A DNA stretch of 64,000 bases, taken from positions 94,156,370-94,220,369 of the forward strand of contig NC_068990.1 in assembly GCF_001194135.2 (NCBI RefSeq), read 5' to 3'. The first letter of the stretch is position 1. The number at the start of each line of letters is the position of its first letter. The DNA is from Octopus bimaculoides (taxonomy: Eukaryota). Made by a program: the position numbers and the translations under genes. The notes under the pieces were generated by a model. The model had not been told where the DNA came from and made no database searches. It saw only the letters and a list, made by a program, of their open reading frames with translations. Below are positions 48,552 through 62,171 of this stretch, piece by piece.

Positions 48552-50303
48552 TAAGATAAAGGTCATGCATTTAATTATTGCAACTGGCATTATCTTGTGC
48601 CCCAGGGCAGAGTACAGTTCTTGCTTCATTTAATATTTATTTTACATCCATTTGCCAATCTAGCATAGGGGAAAAATAGGAACCGCTACCATTTCAAAGT
48701 TAAGTGATTAATGTTAATTAGAGGATCTAGATGTAAATTCCAACAATTTAAGAAATATCTCAATTTTATAGAACTATTCAACCAATACAGAAAACTATAA
48801 ATATCTGCATATAAACAAACAAAATCATTGCAGTGCCGAGGATTGGAGGATGAAATACATTTTTAAATCATAAAAACAACATGACAAATTCGTTATGAAC
48901 ATAATAAGAGAGTTAGAATGTTCACAATATAATTCATATTTTAGAATGTATCATCAAGTCTTATTTAAAAATCTGGAACAAAAATGCTGTTGGTTTTCTG
49001 CTGCTGATGTTGATCTATAACACTTGTGTGCATAAGGCATTAATAAATGTAAATGCTAAATGTAAGTGTGCATTGCACCAAAACCAAGCAGGATAGAAGA
49101 ATATGATCAATAGAAAATGATTATTGGCAAGTAACCAAAAGCATGTAGCTTTAACCTGCATTAAAATGGGGTAACAAATAGATTCTATGGAAACTGCTGA
49201 GGGACGAGTCAAATAGAATCAACCAAGAATAATGCTAAACTTCATTCTTTTCTATTTTGTTGCAAAAAGGAAAAGTTACATTTTATTACAACTATCTTTT
49301 AGTATATATTTTTCAAAAATTTCTACCAAATTCAACAAATTCTTCATAACAAGCAATCAAAGATAAATTATTTCAGTAAGGATTACAGATTCCTATTGTT
49401 TATCATTGACAATTTAATTTCTGTAGAAATTTTGTGAGTTTTTTTTTTATGTAAAAAAAGATCACTTTTATTTTTAGGTCTTAATACTATTTCACAAAGA
49501 TTGTGAAGAAAAAAGTGCCTCAACATACTGCCAAAGCAGAAGTACTGTACTGTTTAGTTAAAATATATATTAATGCCATTTTTTGTGGTGGTGGGGGGGG
49601 GGGATTTTTGCTAATGAAATAGAACAAATTTAAAATATGCATACATATAATTATAATTATCTTGATAGATGAAGTGGTTAAAAAGAAGGATAAAAGAAAA
49701 GACATTAAATAGAAAAACACCATTAATCAATTTTCTTACAAAATTCTTATTTGGATATAAATGCTGAAAAGAGTATCAAATGCTGCCGTTTTAGGGGTGA
49801 CTTTACTGAAGGGAATTATTTAGGGCCTAATATTACTGTCATAAATGAATGAATTCCACATTTTCTCAAATATTTACAATCACATCTATTCCTATTTTGA
49901 ATAAAATAAATATATCTCACTTTACTTTCACATCAAGGATAATGCACTCACTAGATACATATAGAAGCTGGGTAACAACGACAAACAAGTTATGCAACTT
50001 TTTGCAAGTTTACACTTGCAAATGCACAACCTTTGGCTCATTTTGTTATTATCCTCTGCTAATTCTACAATTACCACCATGCTGCTTTGAATTCACTCTT
50101 TCCTACTTCTCTCCAAGTTCTCTGACTGATTCCATGTCTCTGCCTCATACCAACTTATTTTCATTAGATTAATTATTTGTAACGACACCATATTTTGTTA
50201 TACAACCATAACATACTAAAAAGTATATTAAATGCTTTAAAAGTCAATACTGTGCCCTGCAGGGACGGCACTAATATTAAATCACTTCTTAAGGTTATCT
50301 TAA

Positions 50304-50922
50304 CAGATTTTCAGCAGAAATTGTTACCATCACTGATTTGTTACAATGTTTCATATCCAAATACGTCTAATGTAAACAACATTGAGATCAAAGATGGAAA
50401 AATAGTAGATGTATATGCATATTTCAGATGTTCTTGTCCTTTCCTCAGCACCACATTCAATCTATTCATGAACTAATACAGCTTAAATAGTCACTGAATA
50501 CATATTATTGGATATCAGTAAAAGGGTGGATATTCCGGGTGTGCTAGGTGTGTGCTGCATACCCATTGAAAATGGCAAATTCATTATAAATACTAATTTA
50601 ATCACACTTACTCATTAGTTTAATCACAAATTCTAATGGAAAACTTTTGTTATACCCCTGCTGGAAATTTGGTGGCATTGTGTGCGGCAGCACGCCCAAT
50701 ACAACAACCACCAGATGTCACTGTTGGATATACCAATTTTACACATTAAACTCACTTTTGACAACTGGTATGTAAATATTAATTAAGGTAATTCCTGGAA
50801 TATGCATATACACCTGTTATCTATATTCCCATCTTCAATCACATTGTTGTTTACATTAGATGTATTTGGAGACAAAACATCATAACAAATCAAGGCTGGT
50901 TATAATTTCCACAGAAAATCTG
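50304..50922. repeat. Long imperfect inverted repeat (arms 50304-50424 and 50799-50922)
   Basis: The arms align by hand at roughly 75%, sharing e.g. AATATGCATATACA, TGTTGTTTACATTAGA.GTATTTGGA, TAACAAATCA and GAAAATCTG. Confidence 0.8.
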
Positions 50923-51166
50923 AGCCATTTTGTCTGTATTTTCTGGATATTGAAGTATTTTCTTGAATCATTTTGGGATTTACTGAGAACAAACGCATTG
51001 AAGCTTTCCTGGGCTGAAAAAATTCACCATCTTTATATTAGCCTTGTAATTCATGCTTATTATTCAGTTTGCATGAGATATTTTATCAAGAAAATTATTA
51101 GCATTCCAACTATTTGAATTTGAAAAACTTAAAAGGTACTGGAAAATATATATAAAAATACAAGAG

Positions 51167-51287
<121 letters not shown>

Positions 51288-52974
51288 AAGAAAGGGAAGA
51301 AAAAATGTTGATTTAATTTGTTTTGTTTTTTTTAACATTTCTTTTTCTTATATGAATATGGGTTGTATATTTTGCGAATTTTGATTGGTTATCTTCCAGG
51401 CAGATGCTAGGCCTTTTATTTCAAATATTTTATCTTTATGTTTAAGGGTTTTCTTAACACTTTACAATCAAATATAAAACTAAAATGAGAAGTATTTCTT
51501 ATTTTAGTTATGACTAATAGCGTTTAATATTAGTTACTTTCAGGTTCTAGCAAATATTTTGGACATTAGAAATGATGTCAATAACATTCATTTATTGATT
51601 AATCAGATAATTTTAACACATTTCACACAAATAAAAAAAAGAGGAATACATATACAGACTTTTTTTTTCCATATTAATGTTACAATTTAACATTAAAAAG
51701 ATTTACAATTCATAGAAAACAAAAAAGACAAAAGCAATTTATTTACTGTGAGTTTACCTTTGTTGCTATATTTAAACAAAATAGAAATATTTTTAATGAG
51801 AAACAGCAATATTTCTTTCAAAAAAAAAAATAATCACCAGCTAATATTTTATGATGCTGCTATTACAAACAATGAGAGTATTAAGCATTTTCACCGTCTG
51901 TCCAGGCATTTTACTCCCAATACCAAAGAAGGCAACAGAAAACATCATGAGCATGGTGATGCTCAGAATATCATCACCTTTTCTCAATAGGACTTTGCAT
52001 CACCAAACGGTAAATGGTGTTACTGCTGTTAGATGCTTGAGATTTCCACTTACTATCTTAGAGTTCTGCTGATAAGAGGAGAAAATGATGTGAAGAAGAA
52101 TACACAACATGCATACAACATTTCCATCACAGACACAAACAAGTTGCTTTCAACTGCATCTTGCAACACAATTGTGATCTGTTTTTACATCTTCAAAAGA
52201 AGTAACAAATCTCCATGAGAAATCTGAGTCTGACTCCAATTGACACAATGGCAGAATAGTAGTTTAGAAGACAGAGACAGAAGAGATATTTCAGAGAAAC
52301 GCTGAAGGAGGAGATCACTGCTATAAAGAGAGATTCTTGCTTGTTCACATATTTGGAATAGGAGTTACAATATCCAAATCTAAATTAATTGCTAATGAAT
52401 GCTGTATGGAAAAACTGTCTAATATATTGAAATTTCCGTCTTAGTTGGAGGAAAAAGCAAAACAACTTTGTGGCGGCAATTGTTAACAACACTCAAACTA
52501 AAAGGGAACCACATTTAAAAGAACTGAAATTATCCTCCCTTTCTTCAAGTGTCTTAAAACCTTAAAAACATGGAAGTGAATGCAGTGGTCCACTTTGTGT
52601 TGAAGCCAGTTTTTTAATACAAAAATATATTTAATTTAAATCAGTGGTGCTGTAAATTAATTCTATATCTTGAACTTCTTATTCCAAGTCTTTTGGTAAG
52701 AGATTTTTTTCATTTTGAGTTTGGACTTTAAATTTTAAAACAGATCCATTGGAACATAGACTGGACTGCTGTGGTCTTGACAGTAGATAAAAATAATAAT
52801 TTCATACCAAGAAACATGTTCTCAAGTTTTCCTTAGTGTTTGAGAATTTCTAGAGTCTTCTAGAAGTTTTTTCCTTACATATACAGAAATTTTCTTTTAA
52901 AAATTCAAGTCTTTTGTGATTCTGAAATTGAAAAAACATGAATTCTCTTGAAGCATTTAACATGCTCCAAACCA

Positions 52975-53407
52975 CCTGGAATAAAATAATTATGGACTAC
53001 AATTCTATAAAAGGAGGAGTTGATACACTTGACCAGCTGATTAGATACTGTTTGGTGAAACGAGCCACAAGAAGATGGCCAAACCTGATTCATACAGCAG
53101 AATGCAGTGTTTTTTGTTATATATTGAAAATCATCCAGAATGCAAACAAAAAAAAACAAACTTCAATCTAGATGTGGATTTCTTAAAATGCTGGCTGAAG
53201 AACTTCTTGGTGATGAAGAACCTGAAGAAATAATTTCAGTATCCAAAAGAGAAAAAACAAAAAAATCACAAGGATTTTGCAGGAATTATCCTTCAGGGAA
53301 AAAAAAAGAAAAAGAAAACGAAGGAAATAAGGTGTTAAAAATGTCAGATTTTTGCAAGTAAAAGCCACAGAGATGAAATAGTTTTGTGCTTGAATTGTGT
53401 AAATTAA
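52975..53407 (+). mobile_element. piggyBac-like transposase C-terminal remnant
   Basis: KIIMDYNSIKGGVDTLDQLIRYCLVKRATRRWP (YN..KGGVD..DQ...Y...R..RRWP motif), then RCGFLKMLAEELL and a broken Cys-rich tail (FCRN...KCQIFASKSHRDEIVLCLNC*). Confidence 0.85.
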
Positions 53408-53772
53408 TTTTTTTTATGTTTGTTTATATTTTTTGATGAAAATTTGACTTGGATCAGCGTGGTCACCATATGTTGTTAATAATCACAACTGACATATATC
53501 ACTGTGCACTCATATATAAATACACACACATACATATAATATTTGCTTCTTGATTCATTTACTGAAGATAATACAGATAATGACTGCTTTCATCATTATA
53601 CTTGAAATGTGTATAGTGTGCCAGGCAGCCAAGAACAAGACAAAATACAAGGAAAAACAAAGACATCAACACAAAAAAACAATGTATTCTCAAGTAAATG
53701 GTACACATATCCAAAGAGATACTTCAAAGAAACAGCATTCAACAAAATTGCCTTCAGGTTCTAATGATGACT

Positions 53773-54069
53773 CCACTGCCAGGATCAGTTGACTCTTCTA
53801 CCCACTGCCAGGATCAGTTGACTCTTCTACCCACTGCCAGGATCAGTTGACTCTTCTACCCACTGCCAGGATCAGTTGACTCTTCTACCCACTGCCAGGA
53901 TCAGTTGACTCTTCTACCCACTGCCAGGATCAGTTGACTCTTTTACCCACTGCCAGGATCAGTTGACTCTTCTACCCACTGCCAGGATCAGTTGACTCTT
54001 CTACCCATTGCCAGGATCAGTTGACTCTTCTACCCATTGCCAGGATCAGTTGACTCTTCTATCCACTGC
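53773..54069 (+). repeat. 29-bp minisatellite, 10 full units plus partial, CCACTGCCAGGATCAGTTGACTCTTCTAC
   Basis: Unit starts at 53773, 53802, 53831 ... 54034, partial at 54063; only ~4 substitutions overall. Confidence 0.98.
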
Positions 54070-54989
54070 ACCTTAATTATTGCTTGTGTCACATTGGAAT
54101 CTACTCTATTGATACTGTTGATTTGCCAGAAAGAGAAACGATATAGTTAAAATTTGGTGCATTCTCTGTGATATTATGCTAAGTCATCTTCCATTTGTGT
54201 TTACGAATACCTGATATTCCTCATATTATTTTCTTAAAAGCACTTATAATTTGGCATTGAAAAATAATCAAATATAACAAAAAGAAAAACTTTACAGACA
54301 AGAAAGAGACAAGAAATATTTTATTTGTATAACTCTAGAAAAATAAAATTAATGAAAATGCACCTCACAACCTCAAAAACAGAAAAATATGTCTAATTGA
54401 TTTTCTTCTTCAGAGAGATCTAGCAAAATAAAATCATACAAAAGAGATATTTACCATATTAGAATTAAAATTACCGACAGCATTAATCATTATTTTTTGA
54501 CGAAGCTTTTTAAGCTAATACATCACGAAAAATGTAACACTTCACATTTAATCTTTAGTTTGATTATTTGCAGTTATTTTCTTAGATCAGCCATTACTAT
54601 CTATGTCTTCCAGAGTTCATATTTCAAGTAATCGCTAGACCATGATCATTTCCTTTCAATATTTATTCTCGATTACCATTCTATACAGCTGTCATCTTGA
54701 TATTTCTTTGTTGAAACAGAAATCAGAAAAATCATTGATCCCTGGCACCTTCTTATAAGCTCTGGCTATTTTCCTTTTTTTATGTTTCGTATTTAGCAAG
54801 TTATATTTACCTAATTTCTCTCTGACTTGTGTAACTTTATGATCATATTAGCCACATTTACCTGAACTAACAAATCTTATATAGAAGCTTTATTTGGCCA
54901 AAATTTTAAAGGAAAACTGTTGCATAAGTGTTGCCAAAGACCAAGATTTAGGATCTAACCATGTCACCATTCTAGTGATGGATAACAAA

Positions 54990-55150
54990 ATATATATCCC
55001 TTTATATCCCTTTCTAAGGTCTGAGTTCAAACCCTGATCAAATCAACATTTACAGTCTATAAAACAAATAGCAGACAAGTACCAAAGTCGATGCAAATAC
55101 TGTTCGCTTGATTGGAGTGTCCCAACATGGCTACAGGTCAATCATTGAAA
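54990..55150 (+). mobile_element. Degenerate SINE fragment
   Basis: TCTGAGTTCAAACC...AAGTACCAAAGTCGATG...CCCAACATGGCTACAGGTCAATCATTGAAA; related to 45530-45740 and 8690-8790. Confidence 0.55.
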
Positions 55151-55487
55151 TAACATCTCTGAAGTCTTTACAGAACTTTCATGCAACAACAGCTAAGCTT
55201 CATAAAGTAACACTTTTTTTTTGTGCCACTCAATAAAGAAATTGCAAGTAAAAATCCTGTAAGATAAATAAACAAATAAAAATGAGGAAACTAGCAGAGC
55301 CTCGATTCATTTCAAAGCCTGGTCCTCTTCTGCCTTTTATTTACGACACTGTTGTGTTATCTAGACAGTGTCAGTGTAATTGACAATCCTTGGAGTTGAA
55401 CTGAAGATTTTGTTTGTTACTTTCAGAACACTTGAAATGTTAATTTATTCCTACATGAAACATTACATCACATTTGTTTTTCTCCAC

Positions 55488-55640
55488 ATCATCATTGTCA
55501 TCATTTAGCATTTGCTTTCCATGCTGGCATGGGTTAGACAGTTTAGCTGGAGCTGGTGAGCTGGATGCTCTTCCTAACGCCAACCACTTCAAGAGTGTAG
55601 TGGGTGCCTTTCTCGTGTCACTGGCACAGGTGACACGCAT
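55488..55640 (-). mobile_element. RTE 3'-end copy with internal deletion
   Basis: TTTGCTTTCCATGCTGGCATGGGTTAGAC...GCTGGATGCTCTTCCTAACGCCAACCACTTCAAGAGTGTAGTGGGTGCC. Confidence 0.8.
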
Positions 55641-57519
55641 ACGACTATTGGCCTACATGATAACATCTTGGCTTTAACCAATGAATTCAATGAATTCCTC
55701 CAGATTGATTTTTGCAATGAAAATCCAACCAAGTTCTTTGCACAGAGGATTTCTGGGTAACAGCCAGCCTGCTTTCGCTAATTTCAATTTTGAAGAATGT
55801 TAATAACCTTTTTAAGGAAATGCATTGCAAATCCAAATTTTACTTTTAACACTTTCATAAAGGTATTTCAATACTTTTATGATTAGAAACTAAGATATAT
55901 AAAAATTAAATTGTGTTTTAGTTCTCTATTCACTACAACCCACCCCTTCTTACTATCACTTCCTCATCTGTTAATATCAATTTCTTTTAAGTGAACATAT
56001 TTATCTCCCTTGTTTGTCAGAATTAATTACATCGTTTACAGCAGTTAATAGAAATACCAAAATAGCAACTGTAGAAAATATACTGAAACAAACTAATTTG
56101 ATGCAGTTTTTCTACTGTCACCTTTCCAAGGTTTCATCTGGTTTCTATACTTTTAAATTACTATTGCTGACTTAATTGCCATATAATGACTACTAAGTAA
56201 GTTGTTAATGAAAGTCATTAACATCTTTACTTAACAATCATTATAACAGTATTGCTTTAACATTCATTTGCAGGCTGCCCCTAATTGCTGTCTCCCCTAA
56301 TGGCACATGAATCTCAAATATCTATCACATTCTGTTGTCTGTTGTTGGCCTCCTGCTTTGCAAAGTCTACAAGCATTTGGACCACTAACCAATGCAAGAT
56401 CTGCTTTGGTGATCTTCTGCTATAGCTTCAGTTCCCCTCCATCATATTGACGCCAACTGAAACCATAAGTTAGATCAACGGTAGCATGGATGAAATTTCT
56501 GGAAGACATATGACCAAAACAGTGAAGACAATTATTTCACAATGTAACTTGTGCTTGCAGATGTTAAATGCCATATGTAGTCCAAGTATCAAGAACAGCT
56601 TTCATCTCACTCACCTGCTATAAAACACCTCCAAAGAGGTGCTTCTGTGGACACAGCATTCCAACTAGGCTGGTGGATAACCAATGCTCAGTCAGAAGTT
56701 GTCACAAGTGTACAATCATATCAAAATACTACTTGTAATTTTAAATTTATTGCTGTTCCTTCTGACTTTGGTAAGTCTACTGGAATAATATGCCAGTCTC
56801 CAGATTATTTTGATTAACATCACAAACTGGTTTTAAAGACAACAAGAACCAAATCTATTGATTGCACTAAGAAACAGAAGTAAGCAACTGCAGCAGAAAA
56901 TGAATGTATTTAATTAGATTGAGCAATTAAGGCAACATATCATCTCTTTTCTATGATCTTCCCCAATGATTGATCGTGCACAGTCGAAAATGGTCACAAA
57001 GTTTACAATGCAATTAATATTGGTTGTTTAAAGCATCGAAATATGAATGAAAATTTCATCAAACCATGCATGACAAGAGAAATAACCACCTTGATTTGGT
57101 CAAACTCTTCTCTATTACAGAAGAATCAGCTGGGAAGAAGGAGGGAAAAGATCTTCAGAGTGATTACTAATCAATCAGAATGATCTCATGGTAATTATTA
57201 CACATAGTCCAATTAAATTTCTTCAAACTTGTGGTAATTTTTCATCTTCTAAAATTCTTTAAAATGACAAAATGAAACATTTTTAATGTTTTATAAGAAG
57301 TATAGAATCTATTCTGATATCTTTAAAGTTCTTTTTTAGCCTCTTAGTTTGAAATTTAGATCAAATTAGGTGCAGGTATTGTAAAATACAATTACATTTA
57401 AAAAAGAACCAAAAAAGAGTAAAGAGAATCATGTATAAAAGTAGCACAAAGGGGAATCAGGGCTGAGGAAACATGGGATGCAAGAGAAGGGATCAGAATC
57501 ATATTCAACTTGTCTGATA

Positions 57520-57880
57520 GCAACTGTAACAAGATAGTAAGGAGCCTGAATCTGTCCAGCTCAGAAATAATTGAGGTGAGGTTGATAAATTTAGATTTTC
57601 AAAAGGGTTTTCTGTGATGTGAGTAGGAAAAGCTTCATTGCTGTTAAGTTTTCTTGACCACAGAGGATCGAAGTTTCTACATTGACCATATACAGGAAAG
57701 ACATTAATGGTTGAAATGCGTTTAGCATATACAGACAAGAAAGATGTGGTTGAAGAAACAAACAGTTTAACCCCCTGACTCCAAGACCACCATATACGAC
57801 AGGTAATGAAATATGAGCTGAAATTTTGCTATAGATTTAATAGTGAAGATCTTTCCTAAAGCTTGGTTATGGAATCCTGT
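57520..57880 (-). mobile_element. Possible RLE-type (CRE/NeSL/HERO-like) non-LTR retrotransposon fossil
   Basis: Minus frame AHISLPVVYGGLGVRG resembles the post-RT LP...GGLG+R motif of these elements; the flanking similarity is weak. Confidence 0.35.
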
Positions 57881-58179
57881 AGCATAATTTGAGAATAGAT
57901 CATTTAAAACACGAGGCCAAGTGAAGGAAATATGTTAGTTTTGACAGAATAAGTATTTGCAAAATTAATAATGATAAACGAGTGGCATAAAAATTTAAAC
58001 TGCTGATTTAATGTTAAACTAAACAGAAATAACTGCAAGATTATGTCATACTTTCTTTTCATTTCTCACATTATAAAAAAAAAATAACTTTGATGAAATT
58101 AATGTTTCTCTTAAATGTTGTTTGAAAACTTTGTTGTGTATGGCTTATCTATGGTCCACTAAATTTGAAAATGCACAGT

Positions 58180-58310
58180 GTAGTGGTTAAGGTGTTTGGC
58201 TCACAATCATAAGATTATGGGTTCAATTCCTGGATGAGACAGCATGTTGTGTTCTTAAGCAAGGCACTTTATTTTACATTGTTCCAAGCAACTCAGTTGA
58301 AAACTAGTAC
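58180..58310 (+). mobile_element. tRNA-derived SINE head plus CORE-like segment
   Basis: GTGTAGTGGTTAAGGTGTTTGG...GGGTTCAATTCC (A/B boxes) then GTTGTGTTCTTAAGCAAGGCACTTT; followed by (CT)n. Confidence 0.7.
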
Positions 58311-58327
58311 CAGCTGGGTGCCGCTGG

Positions 58328-58381
<54 letters not shown>

Positions 58382-58840
58382 TATCTATCTATCTCTAACT
58401 GTCACATACTCAGCATTCTGCTGGCTTCTGAGTGAGGAAGGTGACAATGATGCCTGTGTCTGTTCACAATGACGTAGGAACCATCTTAAACAATTAGTGG
58501 AAGCATGGTTCATGCAACCATCTCATATTTGTTTTTAAGAGATGACTAGAGTTTAGTAAGATTTTTTTCTTTTCCTTTTTATTCTCCAACGGTTATTCAG
58601 TCCACTCTCGTCTTATATTTTGAATTTTGATTCTATTTGATTAAACTGAAAATCATAATTTCTGTTGTGAAATCCTTATTGTTTTCTTCTGGGAGTAAGT
58701 TCAACAGTTCAAAGAATCAAACTGAAACGAATAGCTTAGGTCTGAATGTTATCAGTCAAGTTCTGTTTCCAGTCCTTTAGAAATAATATAGCAAGTCATT
58801 CTTAAGGCATGGGAAATGAAAACCAATCCTTCTTTTGTTA

Positions 58841-58936
58841 TAAATTTATGATTGAAGATATAATTTATGATTGAAGATATAATTTATGATTGAAGATATA
58901 ATTTATGATTGAAGATATAATTTATGATTGAAGATA
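58841..58936 (+). repeat. 19-bp tandem repeat x5, TAATTTATGATTGAAGATA
   Basis: Direct reading; near-perfect units. Confidence 0.97.
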
Positions 58937-59129
58937 CAGACAGTACAGTCTTACACTGTATTGGTTGTATTGTTACAGTTGGTGATAATGGTTTGTTGGT
59001 TGGTACCGTTGTACTGTAACTGAATTGACTTCATGGACATGAGATTTGTTTTTAAATTAGGGAAAAAAATGTGTTTTAATAATAATATTTAAGAAATCAA
59101 AGAACAATTATTAAAAAAAAAAAACGATT

Positions 59130-59395
59130 ATTTGCTTAATGTAAGTTGCAGGAGTTTGAACTTCTGTGACAACTTCATAAGCACAAAAAGTATTGTAACA
59201 AAGCAAGGTTATTTATTTGTAGTGTTTGAGAAAAAAATTTCTTCATTGCCAGGAAGTGCAAATGGGTGTAAGTTACTTATCAAAGATTAGCTTATTTGAC
59301 AAATTTCTACAGAAAAAAAAAGCATGACATCGTTCAAAGAATGTTTTCTTGAAATTGGAGAAGCTGTAGTTGAGGCGTCACCAGAAAAAATAGTT
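59130..59395 (+). mobile_element. Possible hAT (GTF2IRD2/SPIN-like) transposase remnant
   Basis: SFKECFLEIGEAVVEASPEK resembles the F+KEC+L......PEK motif; short and decayed. Confidence 0.25.
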
Positions 59396-60046
59396 GGATG
59401 ATTTTAATAAAGATGGAAAAGAAAATATAAAAAAAAACAAACAAACAAACCTTTACTAATTCTGACACCAGAATAGAATAAGATCATTTCAGAAAGCTTT
59501 CTTTTCTTTCTTTTTTGCTACTTTCTATAGAAAACAATCAACAAGAACATGAAAAAGAGTAACAACAAAAAAATATGGAAGTGTACAGTTACAAGTTTAT
59601 TTCCCTAGTTGAGTTGTCTCGCCTTCAACATAAATAAACCATCATAAACTCAGAAAAATACAAAGACAAACATTTTAAATCTAAATGTAAGCATACGCAC
59701 ACATGCACACACACACACATTATAGAAGAATATGGAAATAGTCTTATCTGTTCCCTAAAGCCCTTTAAATATTCAAATTTTATCTGGATGATGTATGTTT
59801 TTTAATAAAAGAATTCAATTAGAATTTCAGATGAAATATATCCTTGTCTCTTTTAAGGTACAATAGTTGTTTAAAAGAAAAAAGCATCTAACATTTTGGT
59901 AATAAATATTTGAAAAACTAAATTATACACCCAACTTAAAAACACAAAGAATTTAACTAAAAATTCTATTATATAGACAACCTGAGGTGTGTCTTTGAAA
60001 ACATAATCTGGAATGCATTGCTGAATATATTTAAATTTACTCCAAA

Positions 60047-60081
<35 letters not shown>

Positions 60082-60545
60082 CAAACAGACAGACTGACAG
60101 ATTCCTGAAAATTGGGACTTCAGTTGCTTTTACAAATGTTTGGCATTGCAATAAGGTTTGATAAATTAGCAAATTTTGATATCCTGCATGAACCGGTAAA
60201 GCAAAACTATTATGGTGGAATGCCTTACCCTAGAGCGCAAAATCACGTAAAGTAAAATTGCTAAGTACTATTTCTTGATTACATTAACTAAAATAAACAG
60301 AACGATGGCTTAACTAATCAATTCCTTTTTAAACTTGTATTTTTCAAACTTAGATAATTATATTTTTCCCAAATTTACTAAGACATTGCTCACATTTATC
60401 AAACAAAAAATACACCACATTCACATACTAGACTTCATTCAACTGAAATTGTTTGCCTGATAAGAAAAAACAATAATAATAAGACTAATAAATAAATAAA
60501 GCTTTTAATACACCAAACTGACCTTAGTCGACCTTGTCCCTTCTA

Positions 60546-61585
60546 TGGAGTTGGGCTGAAAATTTCATAGGTTAACTCTATGCAGGAGTGATGCTAGAGC
60601 TGTGAAATCTTGCAGGCGTTCTTTTCAACTCTTCTTATTAATAACTATATTGTTTCTTTCCGGGTAAACTGACATCTGACTCTTCAAAGAAGACTTCAAA
60701 AGTAACTAGTAGCGACTTTTCTTGAAAATGGACAAAATTTGGCATCATGGTGTTATGAAGTCCCTGCAGAAAAACAGTTTAGTCCCCAACAACATTCATT
60801 CTGACATGGTTGCTACATTAGGGAATGATACTCCATGTTTATCAACAGTGCAAAAGTGGACAGCTGAATGTTGGAGGGGAAGGGAGAGTCTTGAAGATGA
60901 CTCAAGGTCTGGACATCCTGTAATTGCTACTCCTGAGGAAAACATTGATCATGTTCACCACATGGTGATGGATGACAGGCAATTGACTATAAATCAAAGA
61001 ATCAAAGTTATTAGAATGTCCCATGAGAAAGTTGAGAATATTCTGCACAAGGAACATGGCATGATGAAGGTTTCTGCTTGGTAGATGCCACATCTTCTGA
61101 CACCTAATCAAAAGTACAACAGGCTGATCACATCACGAGAAAGTCTGATATAGTTTCTGGCAGATCCAGCTGGTTTCCTTGAACAATAATTCCTAAGCCA
61201 GGATGAGTTTTCAGTTCATCACTTTGAGCCAGAGACAAAGAGACAATCCATGCCAGGGAAAAATCCCTCCTCACCTGTAGGGAAGGTGATGGCCTCAGTT
61301 TTTGGGATGCAAAAAGCATTGTGTTCATTGACTCTCTTCAAAAGGGCCACACCATCAATAGGAGAGTACTAAACCAACTTGCTGAGACAGTTATGAAAAA
61401 CTATCAAAACCAAAAAGCCCAGGAAAACTGACAAAAGGGGTCTTGATTCCTTAGAACAACATTCCAGTATGCAAGCCCTTCGTTTCAGTGGCTGCTGTGC
61501 ATGTCTGTGGCTTTGAACTGGTTGATCAGCCTCTCTATTCCCCTGATTAGGCTCCATCTGACTATCATCTCTTCCTCAACATCTT
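60546..61585 (+). mobile_element. Mariner transposase pseudogene (Himar/Hsmar2-like), with probable left TIR at ~60546
   Basis: MDKIWHHGVMKSL...STVQKWTAEC..GRESLEDDSRSGHP...KVSAW*MPHLLT; later HHFEPETKRQSM, GKVMA, IDSLQKGHTI and LAPSDYHLF motifs across frameshifts. TA-TGGAGTTGGGCTGAAAATTTCATAGG lies upstream. Confidence 0.9.
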
Positions 61586-61984
61586 CCCACAGAACAACAT
61601 CGTAGCAATGAACATGGAACGATGTGGTCTTATGAGATATTTATGTGATTTTTACATTCTGAATTCACTGAAGGAAAGGACAGCAAAAACAGCTCCAATG
61701 GTATACTAACAAAAAAAAAATGTCATCTATATCCAATGTAAAATGAAATAAATGATGTTTTCCCATGGTTTCAACAAGTGTTCCCAGCTGATCAATCAAT
61801 GGAAAAAGCAATCCATTTAAGGAGTGTATAAATAGCTGAGTAAACCAGAAATATATCTACCCCTAATGTAATTCTGAGGGAGAAACAGAGTGAAATACTG
61901 TGTGATGTGGCTGGCTCTTTCAATGACAGAGGCAACAGTCTAATCAAGGAGCAAATCTCCCTAAAAGACTCAATCAATTCAATT

Positions 61985-62105
61985 TCACTGACAAGGTTTG
62001 AGTCGACCTGAAGCTCTGCTAAAAGACTCTTGCCTAAGATACAATACAGTGGGACTGAACCTGAAACCTTGTGATAGGGAAGCAAGTTTCGTAACCATCT
62101 GGTCA
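61985..62105 (-). mobile_element. tRNA-head CORE-like SINE (degenerate)
   Basis: Reverse complement: GATGGTTACGAAACTTGCTTCCCTATCACAAGGTTTCAGGTTCAGTCCCACTGTATTGTATCTTAGGCAAGAGTC. Confidence 0.75.
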
Positions 62106-62171
62106 TGCCTGAATGCATTGCATCAATGTAAGAAACGGATACTTTAAGCGCTTAAGCCTGTATCATTGGTT

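Noticed and set aside
51748-52250. Several 60-80 aa ORFs on both strands with hydrophobic stretches
   Set aside because: No single consistent frame with good splice sites and no family motif.
53773-54069. 29-bp direct repeats as a CRISPR array
   Set aside because: The units are head-to-tail with no unique spacers, no cas genes are present, and the context is eukaryotic.
56290-56700. Possible piggyBac Cys-rich tail (ACRLCKAGGQQQTTECDRYLRFMCH) on the minus strand
   Set aside because: Only partial Cys spacing, and the upstream catalytic motifs are not recoverable; too weak to list.
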